Shown here: piece by piece, positions 1-23,600 of the stretch
Numbering within the stretch: the stretch's first letter is position 1
Layout of the letters: each line of letters begins with the position of its first letter
NCBI GenBank assembly: GCA_020137815.1
Contig: CM035359.1
Location: 1,984,001 to 2,048,000 of the forward strand
Reading direction: 5' to 3'
Source of the DNA: Hormiphora californensis
Taxonomy: Eukaryota; Animalia; Ctenophora
DNA length: 64,000 nt
Made by a program: the position numbers and the translations under genes
Notes under the pieces: generated by a model
What the model was told of the DNA's origin: nothing
Database searches by the model: none
What the model saw: only the letters and a program-made list of their open reading frames with translations

Positions 1-158
1 TTGTCCCCTATACTGACCTCCCTCCCTTACCCTATCTCCCAGGTACTGCAAAGTTATACAAGTAGTAAACCCGTAAAATACTGAGGATGTGGATGTGTTT
101 CATGTTTGAATATTGATCAATTATGTACTGAGAACTGCTGAAGGGTAATTGGAGTTAC

Positions 159-11332
<11,174 letters not shown>

Positions 11333-11873
11333 ATTGAGTCGCTAAAGGAGGAGGGTTGTTTGTTTGTTTGAGATTGCTGCGTCTGGAGGATGACCTGCCC
11401 GAAAGTAGTAGAGGCCGCACCGAACACGCTTATTAGGCGCCCCAGCACGTCCACACTCCGCCGTAGCAAGGCCACCCACCAATCAGTTTATGCAGAGCAT
11501 GTTACTGCGGACGCTCCAGGAAGACCGTGGTCAACCACTGGCGACACCGAAGGAGGAGGTTTATATAATACAATATAATGTAAGACATTTTAGGGTACAC
11601 CTGGCGTTTTTTATCATAGAGTGCCCAACCAAATGACTTCACCAGGGTTTAGGGCATACAAAATGGACCTCAAATATGCAAGAATAGCAAATCGTCTCGA
11701 GTGTGCATCATTTCCTCATTACGGGGTGCTCGCATGAGGGAGCTGTAGCATATTCGAAGAAAGCCCCGGGTCCAGTCGGTTCAGGACCAACTTTTTGAGA
11801 AGAAAATGGAAAAACTTGGCCTACGCTGCAAGGTACCAGTATGATATGGGTGTTTACAGGCATGTAGACCGTA

Positions 11874-11920
11874 CAGTTGTTAGGGCCTACCCCAACCGTT
11901 GGGGTAGGCCCTAACAACTG
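11874..11920. mobile_element. ~47-bp hairpin micro-MITE with TA TSD
   Basis: ta-cagttgttagggcctacccc...ggggtaggccctaacaactg-ta. Confidence 0.7.
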
Positions 11921-13785
11921 TACCTACAGGCCCAACCCCAGCACTAACTAACCCTGGCTCAGGGTCAGTGACCCTACCGTCTGAGTGGGGAGTGCTGACG
12001 CTCAAAACACCCAGATTTTTGACGTTTCCCCACGCTCCACTCCCTCCTCCCAGTAGTAGCCGTCGCGTACTGCAGTGCATATTTACCACTGGAGAACTAG
12101 CAGAAAGTGGAAAATTGACTTTTGGGAAATTGAGGAAAATGATAACTTTAAAAAGTGAAGCGTGTGCCGATACCGTGCGTGTTCATAAAATCATGAGAGT
12201 ATAACACTGCCGCGTGCGATTTAAAACAATAACACGGGACAAAATTTTAAAAAGTAGGTTGCATGGGCGGCTCAATAGTGAACCATGATAAAGCAGGGAC
12301 GGCGCTCGTGGGTGTCCGGGTGTCCGCGGACACCCAGACCGAAAAGACGGAAAGAGAAAAGAAGAAAAATGGAAAAAAACATCGGTGAGAACTGCGAAAT
12401 TTTGGATTTGCGCGCAGCCGGGTGTCCGGAGCTCTGTCGGACACCAGGTGCACTGCGCGCACCTGAACGCACGGCAGAGCATAAAGAGAGTTCTTCGCGC
12501 GCCACAGTGCATTTTGACGTGACCAGGGTGTCCGGTTCACCCAGAAAGTTGGGTGCGCGCGGATGAGTTTTTTCTTGTGAACAGAAAACTGGTAAGTCGG
12601 AAGAACCTGTCCGTTCCTCTCATGAGCGCTCATGAGTGTATCATGAGTAGGGCAGGTTTTTGGGAAAAAAGTTTTTCTTTACCTAGTACCAATCGAAAGC
12701 TCTCAGTCGTGTGAACGGAATGAACCTAATCTCATGTTCCTACTCCGAAAATTGGCGTAGGCACAAGGATTATATTCAAATAATATCAAGTGACACATGA
12801 CATCACTGAGTCACGTGATAAACCGCGCTTGTGCTCGGTAATTAGATTCCGCAGAGGTTACACGCAAATCTGTCACCGAACACCCTCCACTAGAGAGATC
12901 CTTACCAGGTCTCCAGAAAACAGTGATTGAGCTGAAGGAAATTGGGCAATGAAATGAGACCACCACCCGGTAGCATGAACCGGTCTAAATAACCTCACCC
13001 GTCAATTAGTGTGAATAACACCACGGCTCAAAATTAAACGAGGATTTGGAACTTTTGTTGGAAGGAAGGTATATCTATATAAAAGCCAAGATGCGTACAT
13101 GCAAAAATTTAATTCTTACTGCTTTTTACATGGTTTATCCTTGGAAACATTTTGTCTCTGAAAGACAATTTGATACAACCCCAGCTAGTGTTAGTGTTAC
13201 TGTTGCCGATGTATTCAGCCACTTGCTGTATTTGACAGAGCAGGCAACAAATCATCGAGACAAATCGTTCTCTGCTGTGCTTCCAAGACTGGTAGATGAT
13301 ATCCTGAAGTTGTTTACTCCGGAAGTTCTGACTTGGCCCGATAATAAGCGAAATGGGCGGAGATCATTCCTTATCAAGTTAGTAAAGTCATTGATTTGAA
13401 ATTGTTTGGCTGTCCGACGTCTGCTATACTCTATAGATCGAAAGCTCCTGTTCTTAATTGAATATTAGTACTGCAAAATCGTTGTTTCTTTTTATAAATG
13501 GTCTGACCCTCTAATTCTCCCTCCTCTATACAGGAAGATCCGAGGTTTCGAAAACTGTAGGAAAAAAATATCTGCAAAGTCTAAGAAAGTTGAAGTGTTT
13601 GAGAATTCTCTGCTTGTGATATTTCCTCTCGCTCCTGCTGCAGTATCGACATCTTCTGCTACCAAGGTATTTGCAAACTACCTTTCTAGTCGAAATAATT
13701 GTACTCATCCTCTATCCACATATTTCAAACTCCCGTAACTTGAGCCCCTTTTCCCGTTTTAATAGGACCTCAGTTTGGAAACCGC

Positions 13786-13938
13786 TGAACCCGTTACTCA
13801 CCAAGCTGAACCCGTTACTCACCAAGCTGAACCCGTTACTGAACAACCTGAACCCGTTACTCACCAAGCTGAACCCGTTACTGAACAACCTGAACCCGTT
13901 ACTGAACAACCTGAACCCGTTACTGAACAACCTGAACC
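13786..13938 (+). repeat. 21-bp tandem repeat, ~7 copies (EPVTHQA/EPVTEQP if coding)
   Basis: gaacccgttactcaccaagct / gaacccgttactgaacaacct units. Confidence 0.95.
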
Positions 13939-14495
13939 ACTGGCTACTTTTCGATCCCAACTCCATATAGAACAACACCAGGTATGGCAATGATCCTTCA
14001 TCCTAGCGTAGCATCTGTATAGTCTGATATTATTCTCATTGTATATTCTCAATCCCCTAATTATTTGAACTCCGTAACTCAAGCAATATCTTAGAGCACA
14101 AGTTTGGAAAGTACTGGAACTACAGCTGGCGACGAGATGAGTTCATCCGCAGTTGAAAGATCATTACCAAGCCCTGTAGTGAAATCAGTGAACATGATGC
14201 AGACCCCGGCCATCTTACATCCCTGACGAGGTAATTCACCGTAGTTCCCATCCAATTCATATTTCGTCCCTTCCTCATTCAGTTTGAAATTCAGTGCAAT
14301 TGTAGGACCCCTAGGCAGTCGTAATTGTCTGACTCACATCTAACAAAAACTTACATTTCAGAGCAACTCTCAGATTCCTCCAACGGTGGGTACAAAAAAA
14401 CAGAATGAAGGAGAAAACATTTAACATTTGGTTGTACATATTTTGATTTTTGAAGTGCCTATTTATAACGGACGTTAACGATCTGTCCCTTGCAG

Positions 14496-15583
14496 GTTGT
14501 GAAAGATATAAGCTCGGATCGTCAACTACTGTATCTCTACATTGTGGGGCTATCGACAGGAGATGTATCTTCCATTGCAAAGAAAACTATTGGCAAGACT
14601 CAACAGGCACGGTGGCTAACGCTGGCTACTAGAATCATCCGACTCTATGTCAGCGTGGCATACGATCAGTTGAAACCAGTTCATAGAGCACAGGTTGACC
14701 GTCTAGTGACGTTCATCTGCAACGTCTACTTTCCGGTAAGTGTGCTTTTTGTTTCAGTAGCTTTGTTAGATAATATAATAAAGATAAGAGCTATTTGTAT
14801 TGTGTGTTCTTGTGGTTAATTAAAACTCCTCCTTTCTAGGTGTTCTCTGCTGTAAAACATCAGCCTGGTATTCATATGGGTCCGGTGCATTTCTACAACA
14901 TCGTCAAGCGGATCGATGACTATTGTGACGACGACGAAAAAGCAACATGTCATACCTCTCTCCAGGAAAACTGTTATATGATACATCCTGAGAATGTTTT
15001 ACTCGCTATGTTAGGTAATTCAGATTTCAAATTGAATGGGTGGAAAAGAGCTAATCCTTTGCAATATTTATTCACTGATAACCAACCATTGTGTTTCAGG
15101 AGATGATGACTCATTTGTACGCAGCATGGCAGTGGAGGCAATTCAGAATATCGACAAATATTCCTCGAAAGCAACCAAGTCCTGGAGGATCCGACAGTTT
15201 GAGAGGCCCCTCCTCAACTTTGCAGCCCCGAGTTACTACTGCATGGTGCAATACAGTGGTAAGATAAGGTCTAAGAGGTTTTTGGTCTATAAAGGGCCGG
15301 CCTACACAGGGAGCAGGTTAAAAGACCCGTCACCCGGCCTCCGCTCTTAGAGGGCAAAGACATTAGGGCATTTTTAGAGAGACCTTTTGAGAGTGAGATA
15401 CCGTGCCACACACAGGCGGTGGAGAGAGCCGTGGCAACAACACACGGTTGTGTAAAAAGGAGAAAGACTGAGAAAAACCAAATGGACAATCTTCTCAGTA
15501 CCGTTGCTGCTAGAAAAGAGCCCACGAAAAGAGTTTTGGAAAAGAGATATTTTAAGGATTTTGCTCATTCATCTAGTAGTTAA
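14496..15583 (+). pseudogene. C-terminal part of a hAT(m)-like transposase with two spliceosomal introns (14736-14839, 15015-15099) and a frameshift near 15325
   Basis: Motifs ARWLTLATRIIRLY, FICNVYFP, HPENVLLAMLGD, LNFAAPSY, TRPPL, PCHTQAVER; N-terminal catalytic region not found. Confidence 0.8.
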
Positions 15584-17640
15584 TAGTAAATGGGGACATT
15601 TAATTACAATTTGTTGTATTATGTGATTTTGTAATGTGCGTATTGATTTTGTTTTCATTGCAAAATAGAAATAATGTATATTGCTGTTTTCTGGAGACCT
15701 GGTAAGGATCTCTCTAGTGGAGGGTGTTCGGTGACAGATTTGCGTGTAACCTCTGCGGAATCTAATTACCGAGCACAAGCGCGGTTTATCACGTGACTCA
15801 GTGATGTCATGTGTCACGTGATATTATTTGAAAAATATAATCGCTTGTGCCTACGCCAATTTTCGGAGTAGGAACATGAGATTAGGTTCATTCCGTTCAC
15901 ACGACTGAGAGCTTTCGATTGGTACTAGGTAAAGAAAAACTTTTTTCCCAAAATGATTCATGAGTGTGTCATGAGTGTATCATGAGTGTATCATGAGCGC
16001 TCATGAGACGTTTTTAGGTGTTTCAACGTCTCATGAGCGCTCATGAGTGTATCATGAGTGTGTCATGAGTGTATCATGAGCGCTCATGAGTGCTCATAAG
16101 GAACCATAATAAAGTTCAAGAGCGCACCCCATCCAAGAGCGCACCACCTCCAAAAGACACCACTCCAAGAGCGCACCACATCAAAGAGAGCCCCATCCAG
16201 AAGATACCGGCGCAGGGGACACACGCGCAGAAGAGACGCACGCGCAAATACAACGGCGCGCTGGTCTTTCTGCGCGTGGTGTCCGCGTGTGGTATCTTCT
16301 GGATGGGGAGCTCTCTTTGATGTGGTGCGCTCTTGAAGTGGTGTCTTCTGGAGGTGGTGCGCTCTTGGATGTGGTCTCTTTTGGGTGTGGTGCGCTCTCA
16401 GGTGTGGTCTCTCTTCGATCGGGTACGCTCTTGGGTGCTCTTGGAGGCTCTTGAACTTTATTATGGTTCCTTATGAGACCTTGCTCATGAGCGCTCATGA
16501 GACATATGTCTCATCCCATCTCTGTTTCAATGTCTCATGAGCGCTCATGAGACGTTTTGACCTACATGTGCTCATGAGTGTATCATGAGACATGTCTCAT
16601 GAGACATATGTGATATGTCTCATGAGACGTTAGGGTTATGGTTATGGTTGGGTTTAGGGTTGGGCTAGGGTTAGGGCTTTCCTTTAGGTCTAGGGACCCG
16701 TAGAGGGTGGGCTAGGTCCAAGCCTATGGGTAACCCTAACCCTATCCCTACGGGTCCCTAGACCTAAAGGAAAGCCCTAACCCTAGCCCAACCCTAAACC
16801 AAACATACCCTAACCTAACGTCTCATGAGACATATGTCTCATGAGACATGTCTCATGATACACTCATGAAAACATGTAGGTCAAAACGTCTCATGAGCGC
16901 TCATGAGACATTGAAACAGAGATGGGATGAGACTATGTCTCATGAGCGCTCATGAGCAAGGTCTCATGAGCACTCATGAGCGCTCATGATACACTCATGA
17001 CACAGCTCATGATACACTCATGAGCGCTCATGAGACGTTGAAACACCTAAAAACGTCTCATGAGCGCTCATGATACACTCATGATACACTCATGACACAC
17101 TCATGATACACTCATGAGCGCTCATGAGAGGAACGGACAGGTTCTTCCGACTTACCAGAAAACTTTCATCTTTTTTTCCATTTTTCACAAAAGGAGTTCA
17201 GAAATGCTTAAAATCGTTTAAAAACGCCTCAAAATGTCCGAAATTTTCGGGGGGCCCCTGGACCCTGCCTGCGGGGGCTCTGCCCCCTACACCCCTACTT
17301 TCTCTGAGGCGGGAGACACACTGAAGTTGGGATGGATGAATGTACCTCTCCCGGCGTAAACGGCGTATCTGCGTACCGTTTTAGAAAACCATTTCTCCAC
17401 TTCAACAATCAACAAGCGCCACGATATCCAATATCAATATTCAGTTTTCCGAAAAGTCATTCGCGAAAAAGTGTCAAAGTACTTGGTGACATACCTGGCG
17501 CGACCCCCATCAAAGTACCACACTACCACAACTCGTTCACCTGAGTTCTGCATGTTGCTGAACACTTTTATCAAATGGCTAGAATCACGATATCACGATA
17601 ATAATTTAAAGTGTTGGATGTACTTGGAATAGGACTAAAA

Positions 17641-20600
17641 ATGCAGTTTTTTCACTTGGCTCCCATTTTATTTGAACTGTAAGTGACTCCCAATAAAACA
17701 TTATACATTGTTCAATTCTGTATTTCTATCGATCATCATGGTCTAATGTTTCATTATTTTTCAACTTTTCAGGCTGTTTCCCTGCCTTTTAGTTATCTCT
17801 TCTGAAGCAAGTCAGTATATTTATTCATTGAAGCTTTGCTGAAGTCAATTAAAGATACAAGAGAGTGGCCACTAGTGGACAGGATCAGAATTGGACTAGT
17901 TTATTGGAGGTTGTAAAGATTAGTTATATGAGCATTATTCCTCTTTTGCCGCTCAAAATTAACCCATCCATCACTGAGATTTTTCTATCCTGTTTGATAA
18001 ATATTGATCCAGCAGGAATTCCCCGAGAGTAACGAAAATTATATCTCAGTGATGGATGGTTCGATTTTGAGCGGCCAAAAGGCAAAATGCTCATAGAACT
18101 AATCTCTACTACCTCCAACAAACTTTTCCAATCCTGATTCTGTCCACGCACACTTTAAATAATACCATTAGCAGCAATTTGATACGAGCTTCTTTAAGGT
18201 CCCAGCAAGTTCGCCTTTTCTAAACAACCCTCTACGACAAGTGTCGACACTGGAACCACTGTCACACTATCATGCGAGGCTGGGGGAAGAACTGGTATCT
18301 CATACCAATGGTACAGCCTGGCAGCTGGATTCAATGTTCCTCCCGAAGATAGTAATAAGATTGGGGGGCAAACAGCGACTACATTAGAAGTAGCGGAGGG
18401 TATTTATAGCAACTCGATGTTCCAGTGTATGGCAACTGCAGGGGAAGAATCGATATTTAGTGACGTTGCCACTGTCACTTTTTATATTCCTGCAACAAGT
18501 AAGGATCACTTTGGGTTTTGAATTCGAATTTATGGTTTCATTGAGTTCTCCTAACAACTTATATTTGCAGCCATAAGTTTTAGTGGTACGGTCACTACTG
18601 ACACCGTTTCTACTTCATCTGATATTAGAAATAACGATGCCTGGGTTTTTACGCTCAAGTGTAACAAAGACGCTGGGTTTGATCCGGACACCCAGATCAC
18701 CAGTGGTTCTGTGTACAATGTAAAGTGGTATAAAGGCGGTGTGGAAGTAGCAGATGATAACAAATGGATATATACTAGGGCAGGCGAGAACAAGCTGGTA
18801 GCTAATGGTCAAAATGCGGTTTTCCCAAATATTAACCTTGAGAAGTACAGCCTGGTTATATTCAACATAAAGACATCAGATGCTGGAGAATATACCTGTA
18901 AAGCAGTTAACACAGCTGGAGGCTCTGTCTTACTTGGAACTGTCACAATTAGTAGTGTTGGTACAACTATATCTGATAACGACTGGTATTTAAAATCAAA
19001 AACATCATTGGCTGCTGGGTATACTGTTCAAGCTCTAAACTCTGATGGGACAATCAAGACGACACCCTCTGTTGGCGATACCGTTCTATTATCCTGCGGA
19101 GGGGTTTGTAAACCAGCAGGCAGTACTTCCAATTCTATCAGTTACAAGTGGACACTGGAAGGCGATATAAACACTATCCTCTCTGATGACAGAGAATACA
19201 GTGCGACCATGTCATCTACAAATACTGTAACCTACCAGTGTAGAATAACAAATAGCGATTGTGTGGACAGTAACATATCTACCAAAGGATCAGTGTCACT
19301 TTCAGCCACAGGTATTTAAATGAAGAACATTTATTATTTTTGGTAAGGAGTAAGTAAAGGAAGATACTGATCATATCTCGCTGGTAACATTGAGTTTAGC
19401 TCGGTTGAACTTCTAACTCTTTAATTTCAGCTGCTACTATCAGTTACTCCTACACGTTTGATTCATCCCTTCCTTCCTATATATGGTGGGAATCTGACAG
19501 TTCGAAGTCAGCAGATCTCAGTATAGCCTGTACTGGAACTGGATCCGGAGGAACTTTAGTAAAGAAAGTATACCAAAATGGTGTACCAAAATCAACTTCT
19601 CCACCTTATACAATCTCTGCTGCTCCATCTAATAGCGGTGCTTACCAATGCGTTATTTTTAACGATGGGGATAACGTGTTCTTGACTCAGCATACAACTG
19701 AAGTTCTTATTGGTGTTGGTAAGTACCTACTCGTCACATGTAAAATTGTAGGTATCTACATTCTACACTCCAAGCTCAACTAAAATTCCCCTTTCCAGAA
19801 AACCCGACAGCTGCCCTAACTTATTCTCCCACAATATACCGTATTGGTGAAACTGCTACCTTAACTTGTACCATTACTGGTTACCCAATTTCATCGGTAC
19901 AAATAAGCCTGGACGGAGGATCAGCTCTTACAACTACCGAAGTCAGCTCAACTGTTTATACGGCTACTATTGGCTCATTCTCTGTTTCGGATGCTGTAAA
20001 ATACACGTGTAGTGTGTCAATTCAGTGGTATAAAACTGATGGCGGGGACGCACAAACCGAAACTAAAACCAGTGATCTCACCTTGGAGTATGGTAAGTTT
20101 GGTGTACTCTTCTGAAGCAAGTCAGTATATATAATTCGTTGAAGCTTTGCTGAAGTCAAGTTTTAAATAATACCATTAGGAGCAATTTGATACGAGCTTC
20201 TTTCAGGTCCCAGTAAGTTCGCCTTTTCCAAACAACCCACCACAACAAGTGTCGACACTGGAACCACCGTCACACTATCATGTGAGGCTGGGGGAAGAAC
20301 TGGTATCACATACGAATGGTACAGCCTGGCAGCTGGATTTAATGTTCCTCCCGAAGATAGTGATAAGATTGGCGGGCAAACAGCGACTTCATTAGAAGTA
20401 GCGGAGGGTATTTATAGCAATTCGATGTTCCAGTGTATAGCTACTACAGGGGAAGAGTCGATATTCAGTGACGTTGCTACTATTAGATTTAATATTCCTG
20501 CAACAAGTAAGAATCACTTTTAATCTTTGAATTCGAATTTTTGGTTTCATCGAGTTCTTCTAACAACTTATATTTGCAGCCATAAGTTTTAGTGGTACTG

Positions 20601-23600
20601 TCACTACCGAAACTGTATCTACTTCATCTGATATTATGAATAACGATGCCTGGGTTTTCACACTCAAGTGTAACAAAGACAGTGGGTTTGATCCGGACAC
20701 TCAGATCACCAGTGGTTCTGTGTACAGTGTAAAGTGGTATAAAGGCGGTGTGGAAGTGGCAGATGATAACAAGTGGATATACACCAGTGCAGGCACCAAT
20801 ACACTGTGGTTTGATGCTGCGGGAGCGTTTCAAAAAACAATAACTCTAGAGAAGTACAGCCTGGTTATATTCAACATAAAGACATCAGATGCTGGAACGT
20901 ATACCTGTAAAGCAGTTAACACAGCTGGTGGCTCTGTCTTACTTGGAACTGTCACAATCGGTAGTGTTGGTACAACTATATCTGATAATGCCTGGTATTT
21001 AAAATCAACAACATCTTTGGCTGCTGGGTATACTGTTCAAGCTCTAAATTCTGATGGGACAATCAAGACAGCACCCTCTATTGGTGATACTGTTCTATTA
21101 TCCTGCGGAGGGGTTTGTAAACCAGGAGGCAGTACTTCCAATTCTATCAGTTACAAGTGGACACTGGAAGGCGATCTAAACACTATCCTCTCTTCTGACA
21201 GAGAATACAGTGTGACCATGTCATCTACAAGTACTGTAATCTACCAGTGTAGAATAACAAATAGTGATTGTGTGGACAGTACCACAACTACCAAAGGTGC
21301 AGTATCTCTCACACCCACAGGTATTTAAATGAAGAACAGTTATTCTTTTTGGTACTCGAGAAAGGAAGATTACTGATCATATCTCGCTGGTAACATTCTA
21401 ACTCTTTAATTTCAGCTGCTACTACCAGTTACTCCTACACGTTTGATTCATCGCTCCCTTCCTATATATGGTGGGAATCTGACAGTTCGAAGTCAGCAGA
21501 TCTCAGTATAGCCTGTACTGGAACCGGTTCCGGAGGGACTTTAGTAAAGAATGTATACCATAATAGTGTATCAAAATCAACTTCTCCACCTTATACAATC
21601 TCTGTTGCCTCATCTAATAGTGGTGCTTACCAATGCGCTATTACTAACAATGGGGATAACGTATTCTTGACACAACATACAACTGAAGTTCTTATTGTTG
21701 GTAAGTACCTACTCGTCACATGTAAAATTGTAGGTATCTACACAGTACACTCCAAGCTCAACTAAAATTCCCCTTTCCAGAAAGCCCGACAGCTGCCCTA
21801 ACTTCTTCTCCCATAATATACCGCACTGGCGACTCAGCTACCCTAACTTGTACCATTACTGGTTACCCAATTCCATCGGTACAAATAAGCCTGGACGGAG
21901 GATCAGCTCTTACAACTACCGAAGTCAGCTCCACTGTTTATACGACTACTATTGGTTCATTCTCTGTTTCGGATGCTGGAAAATACACGTGTAGTGTGTC
22001 AATTCAGTGGTATAAAACTGATGGCGGGGACTCACAAATTGACACTAAAACCAGTGATCTCACCTTGGAATATGGTAAGTTTGGTGTAAATAATTGAGAC
22101 CAATCAAAGTAGGTATCATGTACTCACCTCAAAGCTGCGAGTTCCTTTATACAGTCCGACCTCGATTTAACAGCACCCTCGAAATGGTTGACTCTGTAAA
22201 ATCTAATTAATATAGTTGTCACGGTTTCATCATTTTTTCAGTGCAAGATGCTACAACAACGCTCACATCTACTCCAGTATCCCCTTCCAAAGGGGACTCA
22301 GTAACTATAACATGTGTGGTTGTTGGCTACCCTGCACCTTCTCAACCTGTTTTATCTAAAGATGATAGCAGTATTATTTTTTCTGGGGGAAGTTCTGGGA
22401 CTAATACCAAGACATGCAACCATGTGATTACTGACGCTCAGTATACACATGGTGGAACTTACACGTGTGTTGGAAGCAATACTGTTGACAGTGTAGACAA
22501 AACAGACAATAAAACTGTTGAAATCAATATTGGTGCGTTAAAACAGGTGTTTCATAGAAGCCCCAATTCATTTTACTGTTTAACCGAAATCTATATACAG
22601 TCGGACCCCGATTTAACGGCCCCCGATTTAGCGGCACCCCGATTTAACGGCAGCATAATCTTCCCCCGATATAGAAAATTAACAGTATTTAACCCCGATT
22701 TAGCGGACACCCCGATTTAACGGACAAAACCCTTTCCCCCAAGGGTGCCGTTAAATCGGGGTCCGACTGTAGTATATTTATTTTGTTATTGGTCATGGTC
22801 ATTCCCAAACATCTTTTAGTTGGAGAAGAGGAAGTTTCTATGGTGATTAAAAACGGCGCTGACAAGACTCTCACCGGTTCAACCATTGAAATATCAAAAG
22901 GATCAACTCTGAAAATTACCTGCACTGTAGACGGCAATCCTAAACCTGCATCCATTACTCTGAAGAAAAATGGCACAGCAGTGGCTGGTACGACAACTTC
23001 TCAAACCGACTATTCTAGGACTGTGGAGGTGTCAATCGGCAATTTGGAATTATGGGATTCAGGTATTGTGAGCTAATTTACAGCTGTACTCCTCTAATAT
23101 ACTTTGAACTATGGTGTTGGGATAAAAATGATTCTGAGTAGTGCAGTGGAAAAATCATATATGTATTATGTTATTTAAGAAACTGTCAATATTCTCAGGT
23201 GAATACAAATGTGAAACGACAAAGAACGACAGTACAACTGCAGGTCCCTTTGTTACTCAAAAAGTGGCGGTAATGTTCATGTTAGCGGTTAATGTCACTA
23301 TTGGTGTCAGTACAGAGTACCCAACCCTTGCCGCTCAAGTTGTGTTTACCTGCATAGCCATTGGAGGTAAGAAAATAGCCATAGATAAATTATTTAATCT
23401 CTCAGCCGGTTGACTGTATTTCGATCCTTCTTTCCACAGGTGACCGACCATATGAAGTTATTTTGAGAAGAAATGGGAATGATTTCATAAAGTACACTGA
23501 AACAAACTCCTTTTGTACAGAAGACAATGATTATCAGCTTACTTGTACCCACACTATCAACAAGTTTGGTAAGTCTCAGTAATCCGGGAATATTATATTG

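Larger units (their letters stand above)
12648..15953 (+). mobile_element. hAT-superfamily (hATm-like) DNA transposon with ~270-bp TIRs, nested in the previous element; tip of right end missing
   Basis: Left end TAGGGcagg; 12659-12925 is the inverted copy of 15683-15953; encloses transposase exons. Confidence 0.75.
12591..17156. mobile_element. GG-terminal TIR transposon with 8-bp TSD (Merlin-like, tentative), rich in catgag repeats
   Basis: TIR ggtaagtcggaagaacctgtccgttcctctcatgag; TSD AGAAAACT at 12583-12590 and 17157-17164. Confidence 0.85.

Noticed and set aside
1-158. Further COG8 exon
   Set aside because: Candidate acceptors lead to immediate stops; the next exon is probably outside the window
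16628-16820. Interstitial telomere (TTAGGG-like)
   Set aside because: Degenerate and part of an internal palindrome of the TIR element
18571-21320. V(D)J-like somatic rearrangement of Ig modules
   Set aside because: No heptamer/nonamer signals seen; V domains are complete within ordinary exons; no recombinase in the window
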